The notes below the pieces were generated by a model, which searched no databases, had not been told where the DNA came from, and saw only the letters and a program-made list of their open reading frames with translations. The translations under genes were made by a program, and so were the position numbers. This document shows, one piece after another, positions 29,586 to 39,722 of a stretch of 64,000 nucleotides of DNA. This stretch comes from a virus. The stretch covers positions 32,001-96,000 of IMG/VR virus record IMGVR_UViG_3300011113_000649, one strand, 5' to 3'. Numbering within the stretch: position 1 is the first letter of the stretch; each line of letters starts with the position of its first letter.

Positions 29586-30672
29586 GATAACTATTATTCC
29601 TTGTGATTGTTTGGTCTATAATTGAAGCCGTATTATTCCACGTAAAATGCTTGGCTGTTAATAGGCCATTAGGATTACTACGTACATTATTACTATACAC
29701 AAATCTCATAAGATCTACCGTTTGGTCTAATTGTGGTTGTCCTAATTTAGCCCAGCTGCCTTCTCCATGAAACCATTTTTTATCATTTGCAATTTCTGTT
29801 TCGGTAATATTTACTAAATATGCATTATCTTTAGTACAATATTCTGTATGTGCTGAATAATTAGTAGCTATTATTGGCTTATTTAAAGCCATGCTTTCTA
29901 ATATAGAATTATTCCACCCTTCTGCTCTGGACAGATAAATTCCACAATCCCCATGAAAGATATATTCTGCTAAATGATATTGTGTTGGTAGTCTGCCAAA
30001 TATTTTTATCTTATTAGCAAGTTTAGAATTTTTTGCCATACTGATCCAAAATTGTTCTTCTTCTGGTTTTAAGAACATATTATGTGGTAACAACCATAGT
30101 TCAACGTCATCATTTTCGTCGAACGCGGCATTAAATGCTTGAATTAAAAAATCGTGACCTTTTCTGTGTTCCCATTTACCTATGTGAAAAAACCTGTAAG
30201 TATTTTCTACTTTAATTTTAATTGGTAATTTAAAAATTTCTAAGTCCACAGCTAGCGGTGCAACATACACAGGCTTAGTGATATTATTTTCTTGTAAAAT
30301 TTGTTTGCCCCATTTAGAAGCAACAAAAATTCCATCGCAAGAATTTAGATGAACTTTTTCAATAGGCTTAAGTTTATCTACCTCAAAAAATGGAAATGAG
30401 TAATAGTGTCCACTGCCTATTCTAGAAGCCAAATCAAATTGATGCCAAATTTTAAGACACGGAGCTTTATAGTCAAAATTTTGAGCATTACTGACTACTT
30501 TTTGTAGAAGCCCCTTTTCTGTTTCAGAATTTATTTCTATTTGGTCCCCACCCATAGGGAATAGGCTGACATCTATATTAAGATCAACTAATTTTTTTAA
30601 TATATTCAGAGACGTAATACCATAACCAGTTTTGCCTATGGCACAACTTAGATTTAATTTTTTAGATATCAT
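29551..30672 (-). CDS. GT4-like glycosyltransferase
   Basis: TGYG, GKWEHRKG, SRAEGWNNSILESMA. Confidence 0.88.
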   Translation of the reverse strand: MISKKLNLSCAIGKTGYGITSLNILKKLVDLNIDVSLFPMGGDQIEINSETEKGLLQKVVSNAQNFDYKAPCLKIWHQFDLASRIGSGHYYSFPFFEVDKLKPIEKVHLNSCDGIFVASKWGKQILQENNITKPVYVAPLAVDLEIFKLPIKIKVENTYRFFHIGKWEHRKGHDFLIQAFNAAFDENDDVELWLLPHNMFLKPEEEQFWISMAKNSKLANKIKIFGRLPTQYHLAEYIFHGDCGIYLSRAEGWNNSILESMALNKPIIATNYSAHTEYCTKDNAYLVNITETEIANDKKWFHGEGSWAKLGQPQLDQTVDLMRFVYSNNVRSNPNGLLTAKHFTWNNTASIIDQTITRNNSYHANPRKKTKRR

Positions 30673-31781
30673 TTTTCGTAAACTTTATTGTGTGTGTTAT
30701 TCACTTGTATAAATGTTGTTTTTTTACCAAAATCTTTAATTTTGTTAGCTCCTATATATGTACAGGAGCTTCTTAATCCGCCATAAATATCTTGTATTAC
30801 TTCTTCTGCCATGCCTTTATATGGGACAATAACGCATTTGCCTTCGGCTGTTCTATATTTTGCAACTCCGTTGTGGTGTTTATTCATAGCATCTTTGCTA
30901 CTCATACCATAATATTTTAGTGATACTTTTCTTTTTTTATGGTCTAATCCGCCGGGATCAAACGGTTGCCATCCTCCACTACGCATTGCATATTCGTATT
31001 TCCATTCTCCTTCACATTCGTCGCATCCTGCAAACATACTGCCAAGCATTACAAAATCACTATTACCACCAAAAGCTTTACAAACATCTCCAACTACTTT
31101 GCATCCGCCATCGCTACAAATGTGACCACCAAGACCATGAGCGGCATCTGCACATTCCATTACAGCACTCAGTTGGGGGTATCCGACGCCAGTTTTTAAA
31201 CGGGTGGTACACACACTACCTGACCCTATACCAACCTTGACTATATCAACTTTGCCATGAATAATAAGTTCCTCGACCATTTCTTGAGTTACCACATTTC
31301 CGGCCATAAGAATAATTTCTGGAAATAATTTTCTTATATGTGTGGCTGTTTTTACGAACTGTTCAGTATAACCATTTGCTACATCCAAACATACGTTGGG
31401 AATATAAAATCCACTAGCTTTAATAGTATTTAGTACTATTTCTAGTTTATCTATATCTTTTTTAGACGTACCGGTAGAATAGAATATTAAATTTTTATTA
31501 CTACCATGATCGCAGTAAAAATTGATTAAATCGTCGTGATCATAATGTTTATGTAAACAAGTAATTGCGTTGTGATCGCTTAGAGATTTGGCCATATATA
31601 GAGTACCCACCGTATCCATATTTGCTACCATGATAGGAACACAAGACAATTCTCTGGGGCTATGTACGAATTTAAATGCTCTAATCAAATCCACCTCGGA
31701 CCTACTATTGAGGGTGGACCTTTTTGGTCTGATTAATACATCGTCGAAATCTAACTTTGTTTCATTAATGATTTTTTGCAT
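30669..31781 (-). CDS. guaC: GMP reductase
   Basis: LDFDDVLIRPKRS, ANMDTVG, DVANGY, GIGSGSVCTTR, YYGMSS, YRTAEGK. Confidence 0.92.
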   Translation of the reverse strand: MQKIINETKLDFDDVLIRPKRSTLNSRSEVDLIRAFKFVHSPRELSCVPIMVANMDTVGTLYMAKSLSDHNAITCLHKHYDHDDLINFYCDHGSNKNLIFYSTGTSKKDIDKLEIVLNTIKASGFYIPNVCLDVANGYTEQFVKTATHIRKLFPEIILMAGNVVTQEMVEELIIHGKVDIVKVGIGSGSVCTTRLKTGVGYPQLSAVMECADAAHGLGGHICSDGGCKVVGDVCKAFGGNSDFVMLGSMFAGCDECEGEWKYEYAMRSGGWQPFDPGGLDHKKRKVSLKYYGMSSKDAMNKHHNGVAKYRTAEGKCVIVPYKGMAEEVIQDIYGGLRSSCTYIGANKIKDFGKKTTFIQVNNTHNKVYEK

Positions 31782-31823
31782 TTGTTTTTTTGCCTAAAGA
31801 TAATCTATTAAAATCAAATAAGT

Positions 31824-32357
31824 TTATAAGGTAAAAAATCTCCACCTGTTATAATATTCTATTTCTGCGTCTGTGTGTATATGCTGTAGATAGTTTTTAA
31901 CCTCTAGCCAAGTAGAAAATATCATTTGGTGTGGGATAGTACCAAACAACCAATCTGGAGTTTGACTTTTTCCCTGCTCCATATGAACAATAATTGGTTT
32001 TTTAGATCTATTCGCTAAAAATATTTCTTCGTATGTTCCACACGGATGAATATCAAGATCTAGATTAACTATAATAAAATCGCTTATATCTACTAGTCTA
32101 AGATCAACGGCTCTGATAGTTTTCATCATTGCCGATAATTCATCATAGCGACCCATTTGTTTGAGTTTTGTTTTTATATGATGGGTATCATTATCTTCAA
32201 GACCTATATCTGTTGGTTTGCTAATAGGATTGAAAACTACAATACTTAAATTTTCTAAGAATGGAGTTATAGAATCTCGCCACCCAGTACCACGGTCTGC
32301 AACTCTATCCATAGCGCCAGCCAAATATACTCTTTGATTTGTAAGTCTTTGGTTCAT
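31824..32357 (-). CDS. Nucleoside 2-deoxyribosyltransferase-like protein
   Basis: VYLAGAM...WR...VFNP...DL...D...GTYEE. Confidence 0.75.
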   Translation of the reverse strand: MNQRLTNQRVYLAGAMDRVADRGTGWRDSITPFLENLSIVVFNPISKPTDIGLEDNDTHHIKTKLKQMGRYDELSAMMKTIRAVDLRLVDISDFIIVNLDLDIHPCGTYEEIFLANRSKKPIIVHMEQGKSQTPDWLFGTIPHQMIFSTWLEVKNYLQHIHTDAEIEYYNRWRFFTL

Positions 32358-32366
32358 ATATGGTAT

Positions 32367-32504
32367 TCAATATCTCGTATCAAAAACATAATCAAATAAA
32401 TTATTGGTTCTCGGGAAATGTTTTCTATTTGTTTTTAGTTCTTTAATTCCATTTAAAAGACCGAGAAACATAGAAATAGCAAAAATCCAATATAATGTTG
32501 TCAT
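32367..32504 (-). CDS. Small membrane protein
   Basis: MTTLYWIFAISMFLGLL; ATGA overlap with GT2 stop. Confidence 0.5.
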   Translation of the reverse strand: MTTLYWIFAISMFLGLLNGIKELKTNRKHFPRTNNLFDYVFDTRY

Positions 32505-33244
32505 TTTGTCCTTTGTTCTTGTAGAATTGCTAAATATGGTAATCTGCTTCGCTGTACTTCTGCTAAACATTTTTGTAAATGTTCTGAATTGGTAGAACGC
32601 CCAGTAGGGTTTTCATAATATAAGCCAACTGGATGATTGACCAGTTCTATTGTAGCACCGCCGAACGCACAACGCAACCAGAATTCTCCATCAGCCGCTG
32701 ATATGTAAGACTCATCAAAATATCCAAACCTGTCATGTAAACTTTTTCTCCATAAAGGCATACAGTGTGGCGAATTATTTCTTAATAAATTTTCTAACGA
32801 GTGAGGCAAATAGGGATAGATAACATTATATTCATTATGTTCATATTTTTCATTCGGGACATGCGACACATATGTGATGCCGTACACAACATCAATATCA
32901 GGCTTATTGGCTAGCCTATTGTATAAAATCTCTATGCTGTTAGGCGACTTTCTATCGTCTACATTCCAATTACCAATGATATCAGATGAACAATGTTGAA
33001 TAGCTATATTCCAACACTGATATAATCCAGGATCACTATCTAGTTTAATATATTTTATATTTGAGTATTTATTTAATAGTGGAAGTATGTGTTGTTCCTC
33101 GTTTTCTGGTGAATCACAATTTAATAAAACAAACTCGATATCAGAGAAAATAGTTTGCCGCAACATATCTTCTATGTATCCTTGTATAAATTTTTCACCC
33201 TTGTAAAAAGAACAAAATATTGAGCATTTATAGGCGTTGTTCAT
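32501..33244 (-). CDS. GT2 glycosyltransferase
   Basis: GLYQCWN, NVDD, FDES...ADGEFWLR. Confidence 0.88.
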   Translation of the reverse strand: MNNAYKCSIFCSFYKGEKFIQGYIEDMLRQTIFSDIEFVLLNCDSPENEEQHILPLLNKYSNIKYIKLDSDPGLYQCWNIAIQHCSSDIIGNWNVDDRKSPNSIEILYNRLANKPDIDVVYGITYVSHVPNEKYEHNEYNVIYPYLPHSLENLLRNNSPHCMPLWRKSLHDRFGYFDESYISAADGEFWLRCAFGGATIELVNHPVGLYYENPTGRSTNSEHLQKCLAEVQRSRLPYLAILQEQRTK

Positions 33245-33251
33245 GGTAGTT

Positions 33252-34205
33252 TTACTTTAAATAAATTTGTTTAAATATTGGGATTACTTTTTCTGGAGAA
33301 AATTCTTGATAACAATTCCATTCCGATGAGTTGATTTCTTTTTTATTAAGATTTAATATGATATTATCTATCTCTTTTTTATTGCTGTAATATATACCCT
33401 TATTTCCTAAAACCTGTATATGATTTTTTTCTGGCGAATCTCTATATGTTATTATTGGTTTATTTCTGATGGAAAATTCTCCACATGATAAACCAAATGA
33501 CTCACCAATATATCTAGCATGAAGCATAGCATCGCATGTGTTAATAAACTTTACTTTTTCATTTAAATTTGGTGTTGAATTTAAATATATAATTTTTTCA
33601 TGCTTATAAAATGGCTGAGTATATTGAAATATAAACCATATATCATTTCTTTGTTTTAAGCAGCCGATAATAGATTCTTTTACAAATGGTATATCAAAAG
33701 TTTCCCAGCCTCCATTTCTTCCAAAAACTAAATCACTATTTGGGATATTGAGTTCATTTCTCATATCCTCTCGATAGTCTGGAAGATAAACAATATGTGG
33801 AACATACGGTATAGAAAACCCCGTTATCTCTGACAACCATCTAGACCCCATAGCATAAATATCGCCATGAATCCAATTACGTTCCCAGTGTCCTGATACT
33901 GCGTTTATTAAATTTTTAGATACAGAAGATATAACACCGTCAGGTTTTCCTCCTTTTATCATAAAAAAATAATCACACGTGTTTTGTTTTAAAATATTAT
34001 CAATTTGATTTTTATCTTCATATCCAAAAACAGCGAACTCTTTTTCAAACTTTTTAATAACACTATTATCATTAAAATTATTTTTGAGATCAAACACAAT
34101 AATTGGCTCAACATCAAGATAATACCGAGTCCAATATGCCCAATCATAGATTGCTATAGTAGTCCCTCTTAAGCACAAGGAATTGTCATGGAATGCTATT
34201 TTCAT
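33252..34205 (-). CDS. GT-B glycosyltransferase
   Basis: RGTT, FGRNGG..TFD, CDAMLHAR..GESFGL...E. Confidence 0.8.
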   Translation of the reverse strand: MKIAFHDNSLCLRGTTIAIYDWAYWTRYYLDVEPIIVFDLKNNFNDNSVIKKFEKEFAVFGYEDKNQIDNILKQNTCDYFFMIKGGKPDGVISSVSKNLINAVSGHWERNWIHGDIYAMGSRWLSEITGFSIPYVPHIVYLPDYREDMRNELNIPNSDLVFGRNGGWETFDIPFVKESIIGCLKQRNDIWFIFQYTQPFYKHEKIIYLNSTPNLNEKVKFINTCDAMLHARYIGESFGLSCGEFSIRNKPIITYRDSPEKNHIQVLGNKGIYYSNKKEIDNIILNLNKKEINSSEWNCYQEFSPEKVIPIFKQIYLK

Positions 34206-34273
34206 ATTAATAATAAATATTTTAACATTTTATCATCTAATTTATTTAAAGAATATGTCATATTTTTTTAATA

Positions 34274-34906
34274 TCAAGTATTTAAATTTGCAAACAAAAC
34301 ATTTCCGCCGTCTTTCCATTCTAATTCCTCATAAACTACAGCAAAGCCGTTCTCTTCAAGAAAAATTTTAAAATCTGGATATAATATATTGCCCTCATAA
34401 TTTTCAAGTATAGATACTTCTGTATATAAATATTTAGTAATATTTAAAGAATTTAGCGAGTCTCTTAAAACTATAGGTTCATATCCTTGCATATCTAACC
34501 ACATTAAATTAATTTGATCTATTGTATTACTTTTTACAAAATCATCAAGTCTTATCGTTTTAACCTCAGTTTGCTTTTTAAAGGTTATATCGGGATGATT
34601 TATCAGATGATTTTTTGGTACGAGAAAAGACGATGATCCCCATGTGTCATTAAATCTATCGCTAACATTCATGTTTTTTTTCCCATTTGAATCAGACAGT
34701 GCCAAATTATAAACATTAACATTTTTTCTATTAGAAATTTTATTTTGAGTTTTTTCGAAAAGATCAAATATTGGTTCAAATCCGTATATTTTTCCTTCAG
34801 GAAAATTGTCTGCAAAGAACAAGGTGTCTATACCTTCACAAGTACCAGCCTCTATTATAGTTGCATTTTTTGGTATGTTTTTTAATATCCACTCATGTAT
34901 TCTCAT
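34274..34906 (-). CDS. FkbM-family methyltransferase
   Basis: IIEAG...G, FEP, ALSD, RLDD, WLDMQGYE, YTEV. Confidence 0.88.
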   Translation of the reverse strand: MRIHEWILKNIPKNATIIEAGTCEGIDTLFFADNFPEGKIYGFEPIFDLFEKTQNKISNRKNVNVYNLALSDSNGKKNMNVSDRFNDTWGSSSFLVPKNHLINHPDITFKKQTEVKTIRLDDFVKSNTIDQINLMWLDMQGYEPIVLRDSLNSLNITKYLYTEVSILENYEGNILYPDFKIFLEENGFAVVYEELEWKDGGNVLFANLNT

Positions 34907-35784
34907 ATTAAACTCTTAATTCTATTTGTAAATTTTAAAACTATATGATCAAATAATATTCTAGGATATTGTTCATCATTGAACAACATTTCGTTTCTAA
35001 TTCTATTAAACTCTTCATCGTTTTTATCAATCTCTATTATGAAGTCAATCATTTCATTCAAATTTCTAAAATTTGAAAGATTAATTAAGCATTTGTCATT
35101 AAAATCTACAGATATGTTTTCATCCGACCAATAAATTGGCACACATCCTGCAACTTTGGCGTGTAAAAGTTTTTCGGTATAATATCCAGGAAAAATAGAA
35201 TTTTCAAAACAAATATTGAATCTATATTCTGATATTATATCTAATTTTTTATCTTCGCCATCACCAATATTTTTATATCTATTTCCATATACATTTACTA
35301 ATTTATATTTAGATAGTTCATTTATTATTTCAGATCTATAAGGAGATTGACCATTATATACAATAGAACAAAATTTATTTTTTTGTTTATTATAAAAATC
35401 ATTATTTGTAATTTTTTTAGGATCTATTGTAAATTTTGGATTAGAATAATTTATTTTACCAAACCAGTCTATTTGTAATACCCATAAAGGTACTCTTATT
35501 TTTTTATCGTCCTCATCAAAATCAAAACTAAGACATATATCACAGTTTGACATATAGCTTAATTTATTTAAATATTCTACTCTTCTTAAGTTTTCGCCGG
35601 TATAAAATACCCTTATTTTATCTTTATATTTTTCATTTAAATTACCATAGCAGGAAAAAAATAAAATATCACAATCATTTGGATTAGATATTTTGACACC
35701 ATCTATTACTGATGACATCATGTGTGTAAAAAAATTATTACTGATATCAAAATTATGCCAGAAGTCTAAAAAAGCTATTTTCAT
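34903..35784 (-). CDS. GT10 alpha-1,3-fucosyltransferase-like
   Basis: YTGEN, YRFNICFENS..PGYYTEKL..A...GCVPIYW. Confidence 0.88.
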   Translation of the reverse strand: MKIAFLDFWHNFDISNNFFTHMMSSVIDGVKISNPNDCDILFFSCYGNLNEKYKDKIRVFYTGENLRRVEYLNKLSYMSNCDICLSFDFDEDDKKIRVPLWVLQIDWFGKINYSNPKFTIDPKKITNNDFYNKQKNKFCSIVYNGQSPYRSEIINELSKYKLVNVYGNRYKNIGDGEDKKLDIISEYRFNICFENSIFPGYYTEKLLHAKVAGCVPIYWSDENISVDFNDKCLINLSNFRNLNEMIDFIIEIDKNDEEFNRIRNEMLFNDEQYPRILFDHIVLKFTNRIKSLI

Positions 35785-36419
35785 TTGTCAATTATTTGTT
35801 TTAATCCAGGTTCTATCCATGAGACCTTTAAATTGTTAAGTTGGATAATCTCGTTCATTTTATAGTCAATTGCATTATTGATATTTTCACAACCGCTTAA
35901 CATTTTAATTGAAGCCTCTCTTGATATTATATACGCGTGTGTACATCTTGTTTTGTGATCTTTATGGTATTTTAATAATTTTTCAGAGATATCTGGGGAT
36001 ATAAAATCTAAAAACGTACCAATCATTACTAAATCATAATAACTTTTAGCTAATTCAGCTTCTATATTCTGTATAAGATTTGAAAAATCATTTGGAATTT
36101 CACAATCATCCTCAAGTATTAAAATAAATTCGTTATTAGAGCATACTTGTTTTTTCCAACAATCTATATGTTTTAAAACCAAGCTTATACTTGATTTGTT
36201 TTTTTTATTTGGATTATTAGTATAAGAGTAATTTTTTATTTGAGAAATATATAAGTCATTATGTATATTATAATCAGCATTGTCAATTAATTTTTGATCA
36301 AACGATTCTGGACCAAAGCCATCTACTATTTCGTATTCTATAGATTGTGAATCAAGTGAGTTTGTTATTCTTTTTCTTCTATTAGAAAATTTAGGATGGT
36401 TTAGAACGTATATTTTCAT
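35781..36419 (-). CDS. GT25 glycosyltransferase
   Basis: IYVLN...RR, SLVLKH, LILEDD, THAYIIS, AID. Confidence 0.8.
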   Translation of the reverse strand: MKIYVLNHPKFSNRRKRITNSLDSQSIEYEIVDGFGPESFDQKLIDNADYNIHNDLYISQIKNYSYTNNPNKKNKSSISLVLKHIDCWKKQVCSNNEFILILEDDCEIPNDFSNLIQNIEAELAKSYYDLVMIGTFLDFISPDISEKLLKYHKDHKTRCTHAYIISREASIKMLSGCENINNAIDYKMNEIIQLNNLKVSWIEPGLKQIIDK

Positions 36420-36424
36420 ATTTA

Positions 36425-37294
36425 TTATTTTTGATAAATAAACTCATATCTGTCTTCATCATATACTCTTAAGTCTATTTCCTCAATATTTGAGGATTTA
36501 AAAGTTTCCCAAGAGTTAATCCAAGGAAATTTAAAACAAGGAAAATAAACTTTACCTTGACCCAAAAACGCCGCCCACCAACTAAATGTGCTATTAGCTA
36601 TAATAGTTTTTTTTGAATATTTCACATAAACAAAATCAGCTAAAAATTTATTTACACCCCAATTAGAATTATCTTTAATTTTACAGCCCATACTTTTAAG
36701 AATATCAAGTTTTGAATTATTGGGCTCGTCACAGATAATAGTAGCATTGTTAAAGGACTCTTTGTTTAAAATATTTATATAATATTCCATCTCAATATCC
36801 CAACCTAATTTGACATAGTCTCCGAGTCTAATACTTAAAACCAAATCATCGTCATTAGGTTTATCATAAGAGTCTTCGTTTTCAATGAATAACCATTCTC
36901 TTATAGAATTTTTATTCGAAATGTAATGTTCGTATCTTTGTGAGTAGCCGGAAATAATAATTTGACCATTATGATTATTTATATAATTCATGTCAAAAAT
37001 TTGAGTATTCTCTGGAGTTCTGTAAGGATTATGATAATTTTCTATGCCTTCAGTATTATTATATGTTATTGGAAATCCTGGTATAATAGGAGCTACTAAT
37101 TTATAGTTCTTCTTTTCTGCTATTTGTCTAGCCCAACAATATTGAAATAGTCTATTGCCCAGTCCTTGTTTGCTAACATCATAATATATTGTTTTAAGTT
37201 TTATCATTTTATTTTTTTTTAAAAAATATTTATTAAAATTATTTAAGTCTTTATGATTGGCTAATTTCAGCAATATTACTTTTATAAAAATCAA
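36425..37294 (-). CDS. GT11 alpha-1,2-fucosyltransferase-like
   Basis: GLGNRLFQY, GYSQ, IRLGDY, IANSTFSWWAAFL; true start likely near 37207. Confidence 0.88.
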   Translation of the reverse strand: MIFIKVILLKLANHKDLNNFNKYFLKKNKMIKLKTIYYDVSKQGLGNRLFQYCWARQIAEKKNYKLVAPIIPGFPITYNNTEGIENYHNPYRTPENTQIFDMNYINNHNGQIIISGYSQRYEHYISNKNSIREWLFIENEDSYDKPNDDDLVLSIRLGDYVKLGWDIEMEYYINILNKESFNNATIICDEPNNSKLDILKSMGCKIKDNSNWGVNKFLADFVYVKYSKKTIIANSTFSWWAAFLGQGKVYFPCFKFPWINSWETFKSSNIEEIDLRVYDEDRYEFIYQK

Positions 37295-38186
37295 TAATAT
37301 ATTTTACAATATTTTTGGAAGTATATTGTTTCATAACTTTATTACATCCCTCGATTGCTATTTTTTCTCTTTCTATAGGATTGTCTAGATAGTAAACAAT
37401 TTTCTCAAGAGCCTCCTCTTTTGTATCATAAAATATGATTTCTTTATTTTCAATAAATATTGAATCTAATTTTTTATTTGGAGATAATCTGTTTGTAATA
37501 ACTAATTTTTTACATGCCATACCTTCAAAAATTCTTCTTGATATTTCTCCAAATCTAGCAACTTGTAGAATAATTTTTCCATTTCTAAATAGATCGCCAT
37601 TTTCTATATCTACAAGATTGTTCTTTAAATAAAAAGACTTATCAAGATGGCGTTGTAAGAACGGTATAATTTCACCCCTGTCCCCACACACGGATGTTAC
37701 AACATCGAATGGACTATAATCTGTTAAAGATGGATAAAAAATATTGGTGTCTGCCCAATGAGCCGTAAATATAGAATTATAATCATTGTTTTTATAATAG
37801 TTATGACACTCTATGCCTGGTGTTAAAATAAGATCGGCATGTTTTATTCTTTCTTGATTATATCTTAGCGTTTGTGGTTCATCTCCACAATCGACTATTA
37901 ATTTACTTTCTGGAAAATTTTCTTTTTTGAATAAGTGGTCTGGTCCTAGCCCGCAAGACATCCATAATATTATTTGTGGGACAAAAATTTGATCGTCATA
38001 TAATTTTTTAAGTTCATAAAAACCAAATTCTCTATTGTTTGGTGGCAGAGGGAACGACCTTATATGTTGTACTAATTCACTATATTTGAAAGCATTATAA
38101 ATACTTTTTGGTGTTGACCAATATTTTTCTTCTCCATATTGGAGATAGTCTTCTATAGAATAGTCGTATAATATTGCAATCTTCAT
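37251..38186 (-). CDS. CgeB-like GT-B glycosyltransferase
   Basis: DEPQ, RRIFEGMAC, YYLDNPIEREKIA. Confidence 0.8.
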   Translation of the reverse strand: MKIAILYDYSIEDYLQYGEEKYWSTPKSIYNAFKYSELVQHIRSFPLPPNNREFGFYELKKLYDDQIFVPQIILWMSCGLGPDHLFKKENFPESKLIVDCGDEPQTLRYNQERIKHADLILTPGIECHNYYKNNDYNSIFTAHWADTNIFYPSLTDYSPFDVVTSVCGDRGEIIPFLQRHLDKSFYLKNNLVDIENGDLFRNGKIILQVARFGEISRRIFEGMACKKLVITNRLSPNKKLDSIFIENKEIIFYDTKEEALEKIVYYLDNPIEREKIAIEGCNKVMKQYTSKNIVKYIIDFYKSNIAEISQS

Positions 38187-39091
38187 ATTTTTTTAATTAT
38201 ATTATCATAGGTAGATTGTAGTGTAAAATATTTATGATATAATTTTTTACCGCTAAATACTAATTCGTTATATTTTTTATTATCTATTTTATTTAGAATA
38301 TTTTCTATATTATAGATTTCATTTTCATTAATTAAAACAGAAAAACTATTCCAATCAATCTCGTCACTCCAAGGCAAATAAAAATCATTACTTATGATAA
38401 TCGGCACAACACCAAGTTGCAAAACCTCATAAAGTCTAAAAGAATTTAATCCATAACCTCTTGGACAAAAACCATAGTAACTCTGTTGAGTAATATGTAT
38501 AAAATCATAGAGATTATTTATAGCTATATTAGGATTCCATGACTTATATTTGATGCAATATCCGGATTTGTTAATAAATTGATCGCATAGTTTTTGCCTA
38601 ATAGGATGGGTAATAGATCCTACGAACGATGCTTTATATTTCTTGGACTGAGGCTTTATTAAATCTTTTGGTATAGCAGAACAAACCAGTGGAATAGGAA
38701 TAGTATGCGAATTCCTGACATTACCCCCAGCACTGAATATTAAGCAGCTGTCTGGTAGTTTTTCTCTTGGTGCATCATCGTGTTGACAAACTGTAAAATA
38801 TTGATATTCTGGATTAAGACTATTTAATTTTTCTTGTAGTCCATATGTTTGGCCTTGTATATAAACTGTTGTCCAAGATACAGGGATATAATATCTATTA
38901 GTCGAGGTATCATTAGATAAAAATTGATTATAAAAGTAATCTTCTAGATAATCGCCACTATGGTATGGGGGATATGTTGGATATGTTGGAACTAGTCTAT
39001 ATTCGCTAAATAGACTATTAAGATATTTTTGATAACAGTTCATATTTTTCGCGAACCAACTTAAGTAAAGATATCTTATTTTGAACACCAA
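38183..39091 (-). CDS. GT47 exostosin-like glycosyltransferase
   Basis: SFVGS.THPIR, FCPRGYG..SFRLYE....GVVPIII, LPW..EIDW. Confidence 0.85.
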   Translation of the reverse strand: MVFKIRYLYLSWFAKNMNCYQKYLNSLFSEYRLVPTYPTYPPYHSGDYLEDYFYNQFLSNDTSTNRYYIPVSWTTVYIQGQTYGLQEKLNSLNPEYQYFTVCQHDDAPREKLPDSCLIFSAGGNVRNSHTIPIPLVCSAIPKDLIKPQSKKYKASFVGSITHPIRQKLCDQFINKSGYCIKYKSWNPNIAINNLYDFIHITQQSYYGFCPRGYGLNSFRLYEVLQLGVVPIIISNDFYLPWSDEIDWNSFSVLINENEIYNIENILNKIDNKKYNELVFSGKKLYHKYFTLQSTYDNIIKKI

Positions 39092-39722
39092 CTACCCAGT
39101 TGGCGTGGTGTATTAATATGTCTCTTGGTATATCAAAATCTTGACCATTCCATACAGTTCCTATATTTTGAGCAACTGTGTAGAATCTGTGAGATAAAAA
39201 TTTAGCATTACATGTTTTTATATGATAATTTAATGAAGTTTGATCTTCATCTATGTATAGTTTACTAATTTTGTAGAATAAATCTTTGGTTCTGTTATTG
39301 ACTTTACAAACAAAAAAACCAGAGCAATATGGTAAATATCCAGTATCGTATTGACAGGCTATATCATGATCTAATAATTCTTTGAGAAGATCATCAACTA
39401 TAGAAGAACAAAAAAATTGAACATCGACATCTGAAAAAATAAAAATATCTTTTGGATTTTCATCACATGCTTGTAAAAAAATTTTTGTTTTTCTATAACA
39501 AGTTTGACTCCATCCTCTATCTTTGAAATTTGCCGTATCACATTCTTGAGGAATTAAATGACTATTTAACTCTAAGTCTTGTGGTAGGGTTGGTAAAAAA
39601 AATTGTTGATATAATTGATTATGAGAATCTGAATGTGCAGTATATATTTTCATCAGATAGTATGTACACAGGTTGTGTAATTTGACCAAATATCTTCTAT
39701 AAGTTTTTCTATAAAATTCCAT
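39018..39722 (-). CDS. GT77-like nucleotide-diphospho-sugar transferase
   Basis: FSDVDV, CSGFF, DQTSLN, HHANWVVG...K; true start likely 39653. Confidence 0.8.
   Translation of the reverse strand: MEFYRKTYRRYLVKLHNLCTYYLMKIYTAHSDSHNQLYQQFFLPTLPQDLELNSHLIPQECDTANFKDRGWSQTCYRKTKIFLQACDENPKDIFIFSDVDVQFFCSSIVDDLLKELLDHDIACQYDTGYLPYCSGFFVCKVNNRTKDLFYKISKLYIDEDQTSLNYHIKTCNAKFLSHRFYTVAQNIGTVWNGQDFDIPRDILIHHANWVVGVQNKISLLKLVREKYELLSKIS

Noticed and set aside
30669-31781. IMP dehydrogenase call
   Set aside because: ANMD, DVANGY and YRTAEGK motifs and lack of CBS domains fit GMP reductase
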